DNA of 64,000 bases from Octopus vulgaris (taxonomy: Eukaryota). Below the pieces are notes generated by a model. The model was not told where the DNA came from. It saw only the letters and a program-made list of their open reading frames with translations, and ran no database searches. This document shows positions 54,183 through 64,000 of the stretch, one piece after another. A program made the position numbers and the translations under genes. The stretch's first letter is position 1. Every line of letters begins with the position of its first letter. The DNA lies in the NCBI GenBank assembly GCA_951406725.2, contig OX597824.1, forward strand, positions 68,696,001-68,760,000. The letters are read 5' to 3'.

Positions 54183-55336
54183 AAGGCACATGGCTTAGTG
54201 GTTAAGGTATTCGGCTCAGGATCGTAAGGTCGTGAGTTCGATACCCGGTAGCGTGGTGTGTCCTTGAACAAGATATTTTATTTCACATTGCTCCAGCTGG
54301 TAAAATGTGTTGTACTTGTAATTCAAAGGGCCGGCCTCGTCACACTCTGTGTCACGCTGAATCTCCCTGAGAACTACGTTAAGGGTACGCGTGTCTGTGG
54401 AGTGCTCAATCACTTGAAGGTTCATTTCACGAAAAGGTGGCGAACTGGCACAATTTCACAAGGGCGGTGAGCTGGCAGAAACTTTAGCACGCCGGGCGAA
54501 ATGCTTACCGGTATTTCGTTTGCCGTTACGTGAGTTCAAATTCCGCCGAGGTCGACTTTGCCTTTCATCCTTTCGGTGTCGATTAAATAAGTACCATTTA
54601 CGCACTGGGGTCGATATAATCGACTTAATCCGTTTGTCTGTCCTTGTTTGTCTTCTCTGTGTTTAGCCCCTTGTGGGCAGTAAAGAAATAGGTATTTCGT
54701 CTGCCGTTACGTTCTGAGTTCAAATTCCGCCAAGGTCGACTTTGCCTTTCATCCTTTCGGGATCGATAAATTAAGTACCAGTTACGCACTGGAGTCGATG
54801 TAATCGACTTAATACTATGTCTGTCCTTGTTTGTCCCCTCTATGTTTAGCCCCTTGTGGGTAGTAAAGAAATAGGTATTTCGTCTGCCGCTACGTTCTGA
54901 GTTCAAATTCCGCCGAGGTCGACTTTGCCTTTCATCCTTTCGGGGTCGATCAATTAAGTACCAGCTACGCACTGGGGTCGACGTAATCGACTTAATCCGT
55001 TTGTCTTTCCTTGTTTATCCCCTTTATGTTTAGCCCCTTGTGGGCAATAAAAAAAATAAGAAACGTTAGCACGCCGGACGAAGTGCTTAGTGGTCCTTTA
55101 TGTCTATCTTTATGCTCTAAGTTCAAATTCCGTCGAGGTCGACTTTGCCTTTCATCCTTTCAGGGTTGATAAATTAAGTAGATCGACCCCAGTTGCGTGC
55201 TGGGGTCGATCTAATCGACTGGCTCCCTCCCCCAAAATGTCGGGCCTTGTACCCAGAGTAGAAAAGAATTTCACGAGCAGGTTGCTCCGTGGATCATATC
55301 AACTGGAATCCTTCGTCGTCGTAACCGACGGAGAGC
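54183..55336 (+). mobile_element. SINE family D interrupted by SINE B copies
   Basis: tRNA head TGGCTTAGTGGTTAAGG...GAGTTCGATACCC; body resumes at 55277 after a 9-bp TSD ATTTCACGA (54424-54432, 55268-55276). Confidence 0.8.
54433..55267 (+). mobile_element. SINE family B array (three tail-2 units plus one tail-1 copy)
   Basis: Units restart at GGTATTTCGT at 54510, 54691, 54874 (period 181-183 bp); last copy resumes at AGAAACGTTAGC 55059. Confidence 0.92.
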
Positions 55337-55500
55337 TAGTCGCTTGTGTTAGTACGGTATTATTGTTACTGATGTTGATGTTACTGTTGCCGTTAGCGTT
55401 GTTGTTATTGGTGGAGTTGTTGTTGCTGTGGCAGTTATGTTATGAAAGTTGATGATGTTGGCGGTGGCGGTGCAGAGTTGTTGCTGTTGCTGTTGCTGTT

Positions 55501-55851
55501 GAGCGAACGGTCGTCGTCCCAGAGCTCGCAAGATGGGAGAGAAGCCCGAAACGTGGTCCTTTGCAAATTCGTAAGACCCGCAGAAGAGAAAGCAGGTCAA
55601 ACCCCGACACCGAGAACATCGACGGATGGATGAGTGCGCATCCAGGCTCAGCGGTTGCGTATGAAGTCGGGGACAAGAAACAGGAAGAAAGAGTGAGAGA
55701 AAGTTGGAACGAAAGAGTACAAAAGGGATCGCCACCACTCACTGCCGGAGCCTCGTGGTGTTTTTAGGTGTTTTCGCTTAATAAACACAAACAATAGCCC
55801 GGTCCTCCGACCGCGAGTCCGCTGCCCCAACCACTGGGCCATTGCGCCTCC
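55501..55851 (-). mobile_element. SINE family E variant with a different 3' half
   Basis: 55680-55851 matches 46878-47055; 55501-55680 is unrelated to the other copy's tail. Confidence 0.85.
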
Positions 55852-56592
55852 ATTTGTCGTTGCTGTAGTGAATGATGTTGTGACAGTGCTGTCGGTGTTG
55901 TGCTCCTGCTGTTGTTGGCAGTGCTGTGACGTTTCTGTTGTTATTGTTATTGTTCTTGCCGTTGTGGTGCCCTTATTGTTGTTGCTGTTATTGTTGGTGG
56001 TGTTATGTTGTAGCTGTTGCTGTTATTGTTACTATTGCGGTGTCGTTGTCCTTATTGTCGTTGGTCTTGTAGTGTTTGTACTGCTGTTGTTGGGATAATG
56101 TTGTTTATGCTGCTGGTGGTTGTGGTTGCATTACTGTCAGTGGAAGATGTGACATTGTGCTTAGGTATCCTTAAGCACAGGACCCCGGTGACCAGTGGGG
56201 CCCACCTTCTTCACCCCCAATTTTTTACGACGAATGCCTGACTGTCCCTCATAACTTAACTAGCAAAGGGCTTCATTTGTCCTAAATCTGGCACTGACTG
56301 TGGTGTTGCTGTTGTTTCTGTGATATTATAGTTACTGTTGCTAGGGTTCCTGTTGTAGTTGGTTGTGGTGTTCTTCTAGTACAGCTGCTACTAATGTTGA
56401 TGCTGATGGTATAGTACACGCTGTTAGTGGTGTCAAAGATATCGATGTTGGAGTGCAGTCATGGAGTTAGTGTAAACCAGCCAGCCCCTTAGTGTCATCG
56501 GCGTTGGTGGAGGAGATGATGCTGGGAATAGCAATAATAGGGACGGCAAAGAAAGAAGATGGCAACGACTGAGGCAAAAGACAGAGAAGGAC

Positions 56593-56643
<51 letters not shown>

Positions 56644-56665
56644 GAGACAGAGGGAAATATATGTG

Positions 56666-56712
<47 letters not shown>

Positions 56713-56899
56713 GCATACGTACATACATGCATACATACACACACACGCATACACACACATATATATATATATATACATACATACATTCATACACACACAT
56801 ATATATATATACCATATATATGTATATATATATACCCCTATCTCATTATATATATATATATATATATATATGCATACATATATATATATATATATAATA

Positions 56900-56939
<40 letters not shown>

Positions 56940-57769
56940 GCGGAGGACAGTACTTGAGACATTGGCGGTAGAAGAATAGAAGAACGGGGAAAAAGGTAGG
57001 ATTGGAGGAGGGCATGTGAGATGGGAGGCCAGCTTAATAAGGTAGTGCGGACAGTGGAGTTATATGGCGGTTGAAGAAGTGGTGTTTCTGAATGGTTGGG
57101 TGGTGTCGGTTGGCGGTGGAGGAGGAAGGGTGTGTGTGTGATCGGTGGAAGGGGTGAGGTGGGGTATAGGGTGTGGTTGTGTGTGTGAAGGGGGTGGTGG
57201 AAATGGTTGAAGGTGTTGAAACAACACGTCTGTCTGTAAACACGACATTTAGCAAAGAGAATAAATGGGCACTTAGTCTGATTGAATTCCGTAAAACGGC
57301 ATTGGTATGGCATATATAAATGATGGTTTTTAAAGATGGCACGATGCTGCTGCTGCTGCTGCTGGTGTTTCTGGTAAGGGCGACGGCGGTGTTGGTGATG
57401 GTGGCGGTGGCGGTGGTGGTAGTGGTTTGATGGTGGTCGTGGTGTGTGTGTCGGTGTCGGGGGGTGTGTAGCAATATGGAATGGTATGGTGGGTGTAGGC
57501 ATGGGTGGTGGTATTATTAGGTTGTGGCTATTGGCTTTTGGTATAGGAGGTGGTGGAGTGGAGTGGGGTGATAATGATGGTGTTGGTAGTGGTGGTAGTG
57601 GTGGTGGAAGTGGTGGTGGTGGTGGTGATGGTGATGGTGATGGTGGTGGTAATTAATATTGTTCTTTGTGGTGGTAATGGTGGTAGTGGTCAGTAATGAA
57701 GTGCAATGGTAACGATGATGATGATGATAATGGTGGTGGTGGTAGTGGTCATTAGTGAATTGTGGTAGT

Positions 57770-57786
57770 AATGATGATGATGATGG

Positions 57787-57871
<85 letters not shown>

Positions 57872-57883
57872 GATGATGATGAC

Positions 57884-57948
<65 letters not shown>

Positions 57949-58473
57949 CGATGATGATTATGATAATGATGATGATGATGATGATGATGATGATTGTGGT
58001 GGTGGTGATGGAGCCGTTGGTGTTGCTAGTGGTAGTGGTCATTAATGAAATGTGGTGATGACGATGGTGGTGGTGGTGGCGGTGGTGTTATTGGTGGCTA
58101 TTGACTCCTTGTAGGTGATATTGGGTTAGATTAAACTGTCTTGTTAGAGAAGGAACTGCTGATGGAGATGGGGGGGGTGGTGGTGGTGGTGATTGTGGTG
58201 GTGGTGGTGGTTGTCGTGGTGGTGGTGGTTGTCGTGGTGGTGATGGTTGCCGTGGTGGTGGTGGTTGTCGTGGTGGTGATGGTGGTGGTAGTAGGGGAGA
58301 TAGGAAACCAAGATAGACGACTCCGAGCAGATGGAGGAGGAGGAGGAGGAGGAGGAGAAGAAGAAGAAGAAGAAGAAGAAGAAGAAGAAGAAGAAGAAGA
58401 AGAAGAAGAAGAAGAAGAAGAAGAAGAAGAAGAAGAAGAAGAAGAAGAAGAAGAAGAAGAAGAAGAAGAAGAA
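57770..58473. repeat. (GAT)n, (GGT)n, (GGA)n and (GAA)n tracts
   Basis: (GAT)n 57770-57993, (GGT)n-rich 58170-58290, (GAA)n 58356-58473. Confidence 0.95.
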
Positions 58474-59011
58474 GGGAAAGAAAGGGAAAGAAGCAATTAA
58501 AGAATAAATGAAGAATTACAACAACAAATTACAATAACAGGAATATTACAATAACAATAAAAAATAAAATACCGGTGATGAAAGTGGAAATGGTGGACGT
58601 GCAATGATAGATGCAAAGAGAAAAATAAAAATGAAGGTCGAGGGAGAATCAGAGAAAGGAAGGCTGAAGGACAGAGAAAGAGAGGCAGAGAGAGAAAGGG
58701 GGGAAGAGAAGATATAGAGAGAGAGAAAGGGGAAAAGACGTGTGCACGTGAGAGAAAACATGCGGACGGTGAAAGCAAGGGAATGGAGGGAGGAATATTC
58801 TTTTATTCTTCTATTCTTTCATTTGTTTCAGTCATTTGACTGCGGCCATGCTGGGGCACCGCCAGTAACAAGATATACAAATGAAAGAGGACTGTTTCTC
58901 CCTCTCTCTCTTTCTTCATATATATATATATATACACACACACACATACATACATGCACACGCACATGTACAATGTGCATGTGCATGTATGTATGCATGC
59001 GCGCGTGTGTG

Positions 59012-59042
<31 letters not shown>

Positions 59043-59212
59043 ATGTTTATATATATATATATATATATACATATGCATGTATGCATACACACACACATAC
59101 ATACATACACACATTTGTCAAATACTTGTGTGGTTGCACGGATGAGTATGTGTGTGTTATTAAAGCAGTGAGTTCAACAAAAGACGGTTTGTTTCGTAGC
59201 AAGCTTGTATAT

Positions 59213-59387
59213 ACCTGTTTCTTTATTACCCACAAGGGGCTAAACATAGAGGGGACAAACAAGGACAGACAAACGGATCAAGTCAATTACATCGACCCCA
59301 GTGCGTAACTGGTACTTAATTTATCGACCCCGAATGGATGAAAGGCAAAATAGACCTCGGCGGAAGTTGAACTCAGAACGTAACGGA
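59213..59387 (-). mobile_element. SINE family B unit, tail 2, headless
   Basis: Reverse complement of one array unit. Confidence 0.88.
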
Positions 59388-59569
59388 TACACGTATATAC
59401 CGTGTTCTAGATCTGCAATCACTTGTTTTTAGGCTCTTCTCTCTCTCTCTCTCTCCCTTTCTCTCTCTCTCTTTCTCTCCCTCTTTCTCTCTCTGTATAT
59501 CTCTGTATGTATAAACATACACACACACACATAAATATATGATATAAATAATATATAAATTATATGTAT

Positions 59570-59865
59570 ATGTGGGTTTCAGAGGACCACAGCTCTTTAA
59601 CATCCTCCCTAAATGCCTGAGAGACTTGCATGGTGTGGATGTGGGTTTCTTTAAAACTAAACTGGATCTCTTCTTGTCGAGGGTCCCAGATGAACCTACC
59701 TCACGACAGGAGACAGAGATGCGGGCAGCGGCATCGAACTCCCTTGTTGACCAAGTGCCACGTATCAGGGGTGGAATCACATATTAGTGTAACTCATTCA
59801 GCGATGGTGCCCCAGCATGGCCGCAGCCTTCGGGCTGAAGCATTTTTAAAGGATTTAAGGATTTT
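59570..59865 (+). mobile_element. 3' end of a CR1-group LINE
   Basis: GFRGPQLFNILPKCLRDL...FFKTKLDLFLSRVPDEP...RAAASNSLVDQ (N.LP...FK..LD motif), short 3' UTR, tail (AAGGATTT)x2. Confidence 0.8.
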
Positions 59866-60171
59866 ATATACATACATATATGTACATACCTACATATATA
59901 TGTATATATACATTCATACATGGGTACAGGGCACCCAAAAAAACGTAGACAGAATGAGAAACGAGAACATAAAAAACAAAAACACGGAAAACGAACTGTT
60001 TTTCGAATAACGAAAGAAACAAACAGACAGAAACAAAACAGGCAACATAAAGAACATTCCCTTTATCAGTTGTCCCCTAATATAACGTGTTCACACTCAG
60101 TATTAATATATACATATACATACATACGTATGTATATATATATGTATATACATAAATACATACTTACACAC

Positions 60172-60228
<57 letters not shown>

Positions 60229-60231
<3 letters not shown>

Positions 60232-60485
60232 AGGCACGTGTCTTAGTGGTTAGGGTGATCAGCATCATGATCGTAAGATTGTGGTTTCGATTCCTGGCCC
60301 AGGCGATTCGTTGTGTTCTTGAACAAAACACTTCATTTCACGTTGCTCCAGTCCACTCAGCTGGCAAAATTGAGTAACGCTGCAATGGACTGGCGTCCCG
60401 TCCAGCTGTGGAAAACACATACGCCATAGAAACCAGGAAACCGGGCCCATGAGCCTAGCTAGGCTTTAAAAGGGCGCATTTATTT
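60229..60485 (+). mobile_element. SINE family C
   Basis: Colinear with 36787-37040 from head to AAAGGGCGCATTTATTT. Confidence 0.88.
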
Positions 60486-60554
60486 ATTATTATATATATA
60501 TGTATGCATGTATGTATGTATGTATGTATGTATGTATGTATGTATGTATGTATG

Positions 60555-60598
<44 letters not shown>

Positions 60599-60613
60599 AA
60601 TATAAATATGAGT

Positions 60614-60752
60614 CGCTGGAGTGGCTGTGTGGTTAGAAGCTTGTTTCCCAACCACATTGTTCTGGGTTTGGTTCCACTGTGTAGCATCTTGGGCGAGTGC
60701 CTCGTGTTGACCATAACCTTGGGAGTGGATTTGAACTAAAAGAAACCCGTCG

Positions 60753-60840
<88 letters not shown>

Positions 60841-61066
60841 GTGTGTGTGTGTGTTTGTGTGTGGCTGTGTTTGTCTCCCCACCATCGCTCGACAACCGAT
60901 GTCGGTGTGTTTACGCCCCCGTTCCCTAGCGGTTCGGCAAAAGAGACCGATGGAATAAATACTAGGCTTACTAAGAATAAGTCCTGGGGTCGATATGTTC
61001 GACTAAAAGGCGACACTCCAGCATGGCCGTAGTCAAATGACTGAAATAAGTAAAAGAATAAAAGAA
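60614..61066 (+). mobile_element. SINE family A
   Basis: Diverged head, (TA)n(TG)n, well-preserved right arm and tail. Confidence 0.88.
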
Positions 61067-61454
61067 AATATATATACATATGTGTGTGTATATATACACA
61101 TACATATGTATATATATATACACACACACACACACTCATATATATGTATATACATATATGTATATACATCCATATATATATATACATATATACATACATA
61201 CATATATATACATATATATATAGATGCGTGTATTTATATATGTATATATATATATATATATATATGCATATATATATACAGACATATACACACACATACA
61301 CGCATGCACACATGCATATACTTGCACTCACATATTTACACACATATGCATCTTGGTGTTACCAACTCAGGGAACGTGGTAAATATAAAAAGCACTTAAA
61401 CTAAAGTGCGCAAGTTATTCATACTGAGTGCAAATACATTTTTGCTTTATTAAA

Positions 61455-61505
<51 letters not shown>

Positions 61506-61622
61506 TGTGTGTTTGTGTGTGTACATATGTAGTAAAATCCGGGAAAAGAGTACTGTGAATCTGCCGACCCAGAACTAACCTCATCCTCTTTGGAATTTGT
61601 TTGATGATATACGGTGCATATG

Positions 61623-61658
<36 letters not shown>

Positions 61659-61817
61659 TGCATGTATATAAATATATGTATATATATATACAAACACGTA
61701 TATATACACATATATATATATACACATACACACACACAAACACACAAACACACACACATACATACACACACACACACTACACACATAGACACACACACAG
61801 ACACACAGACAGACACA

Positions 61818-61937
<120 letters not shown>

Positions 61938-62269
61938 GTATAAGTATGCCCACGGATAAGTGGACAAACAAAAGAAAAAGGCACTCAACATATTTTGTTG
62001 TAGTCGTATATATTAGTATTTGATATAATTTGATTCGGCCACATGCGACTTAAAGTTTCGCAGTCTTCTTACAAAAACCAAACTCGTTTAGGCTAAGATT
62101 ACTGAATCTGTAATCGTGAATGTCAGCCTGAACAAGCTGGGTTCCTGCAAGAAGCCTGGAAAATTTAAATCACAGGAAGCCAAATAAAATATAGATGATG
62201 ATGATGATGATGATGATAGCTTTGGCCGCAAAGGAATGAGCAAGTGTCTCCACCGCGCCAAATCTCTAA

Positions 62270-62810
62270 TAGAGTTGACGAAACCATTGCACATATGAAC
62301 GAATGCTCTCGACTTGCCCAAGACTAATATAAATTATGGCGACACAATAAGGTAGCTAAAGAGCTACATTGGAAACTATGTGAAAAGTAGGAGCTGTAGA
62401 GAGGCAACAGGAGGTATGAGCACAAATCGTAAAGGGGTGGAGTCGGCGAGCTGCCAAATCCAGTGGGATTTCCCAAATCAATCGGACCAGGTGCTTGAGT
62501 TCAAACCGGATCTAGTGGTGGTGGGCAAGGTGAGCCACCTGTGCTCTATAATTGATGGAGCGTGGCCGTTTGACCCACGAATAGTTAAGAAGAAAGGCGA
62601 ATAAACAGACTATACTATCTTCTTAAATAGCCCGGCTGTAGAAAATGAAAGAAGGTGAAGATATTGCAAATTATTCTTGGGTCCTTGGGAACAATATCAG
62701 AAGGCATCGAGAGGAAAGTAAAGGAAATGACTATATAGGGTTCAGTAGAGCTGTTTACAAAAGGTTTGTCGCCTTGGCACGGCCAGAATCATCAGGAAAG
62801 TATTAGATAA
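62270..62810 (+). pseudogene. Second, decayed R4/Dong-like restriction-like endonuclease fragment
   Basis: DETIAH, CSRLAQ, RHNKVAKELHWKLC, IQWDF, KPDLVVV, IIDGAWPFD, LGSLGTI, GTARIIRKVLD with stops and frameshifts. Confidence 0.82.
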
Positions 62811-62875
62811 TTGTACAAAACAAATAAAACAGTATCGCAGGCTATAGGTAGCAAGCCAATTTTGATTTGTACTTG

Positions 62876-63010
62876 ATTGTATTTAGTGTATCGATACCAG
62901 AAAGATAAAAGGCAAAGTCGACTTCGGTGCAATTTGAACTCAGAACGTAAAGATGGACGAAATGCCGCTAATCAGTTTTCCCGGCGTGCTAACAATTCTG
63001 CCCGCTCGCA
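62876..63010 (-). mobile_element. SINE family B, diverged
   Basis: AAGGCAAAGTCGAC..ATTTGAACTCAGAACGT..CCGGCGTGCTAAC blocks; a more decayed copy follows at ~63137-63240. Confidence 0.8.
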
Positions 63011-63015
63011 GGATT

Positions 63016-63062
<47 letters not shown>

Positions 63063-64000
63063 GCAATAATCATAATGAGGATTTCTTTTACTTGCCACCA
63101 GGGAGAAGCTACAGCCCAACAGTTCTGATGGGTTGGTGCTAGTCGATTACATCGACTCCGCTACTTCACTGGTGCTTTCCTTTACCGACCTCGTAAGTGA
63201 CAAATACAAAAATGACCCTATGGCGTTTGAATTTAGAATAAAAAGAGACGCTAAAAATAACAGCTGACGTTTCTTCAGTTCTGCCTATCCAACATCCTGA
63301 CTAGAATAATATAAAAAATTACATACATACATGCATACATACATATATACAAACGTACAAAAATACCCCGTTGTTGATGTTGAAATTCCAAAGTAAGAGC
63401 CTTGGATGTAGGTTAAAAACTGGCAAGAAATCTCGAAATAAAACTGAATAATGACACATATACACACACGCGTACAATTAGACATGCACACACACACATT
63501 CATTTATTTTCAGACTGAGTATTAATGACATCGATACTTCGAGTTTTCTGTCTCCACTACGTTCTTCACGTCAATATTCAAATGTTTGGATATATGAGTA
63601 CTGCAAAGTCTGCTGGTTATAGCAACACACCTTAATTCAGCTACAGCAGTGCCGCAATAGTACTCCAGCATGTCTACGCAGTTGCGTACACGTAACAAAG
63701 GCTTTACTGTATCCACCATCTATTTAGAAGAAAGAACTATATTGGACAAGCAGAAAATACATTCAGTTGCAAGTAAATTCATGCGATCCGCCAATTTCTT
63801 AAGAAACAGAAACAAATGAAATTCCATGCAACAAAAGCTTTGCTGTATCGAGAAATTTATAACTGTTACCTGGCAGGAAAGAAGAAACACTTCGAGTAAG
63901 CAAAAAATAATTGTTATTGAAAATACATTCTAACGACCCGCTAAGTCTTTTAGGCGCAGATAAAGTAATCCACTCATCTCTCACGGTATATCTCTCTATA

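Noticed and set aside
54462-55267. Regular repeat array resembling CRISPR
   Set aside because: Units are ~182-bp near-identical SINE bodies with no unique spacers; eukaryotic context and no cas genes.
63260-63285. Collapsed CTGAAGAAACGTC on the minus strand
   Set aside because: Stem II wholly absent and stem I unconvincing.

Overview
AT-rich, microsatellite-saturated animal DNA, intronic or intergenic. The tRNA-derived SINE families resemble those of Octopus, so an octopod source is my inference. I find no convincing host protein-coding exon, rRNA, true tRNA gene or CRISPR array, and almost all ORFs in the track are translations of simple repeats. The window holds at least five tRNA-headed SINE families (my labels A-E) and decayed LINEs (RTE, R4/Dong-like with a restriction-like endonuclease, CR1-group, Tx1-like, Penelope-like). 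It also holds DNA transposons (full-length Tc1, deleted maT/DD37D-like, mariner, Tc2/pogo and piggyBac-type MITEs, Helitron/Helentron pieces). The main unexplained signal is about 14 minimal type I hammerhead-ribozyme (HHR) motifs, read by eye, of unrelated flanking sequence, most with a palindromic stem III and several in (TA)n-flanked inserts. They include a tRNA-headed HHR element with a target-site duplication (TSD), a tandem-plus-foldback HHR unit, and an HHR-bearing palindrome around a piggyBac MITE. A SINE family that repeatedly forms ~182-bp head-to-tail multimers at a fixed junction is a second notable system. All calls are manual, with no searches or folding run.
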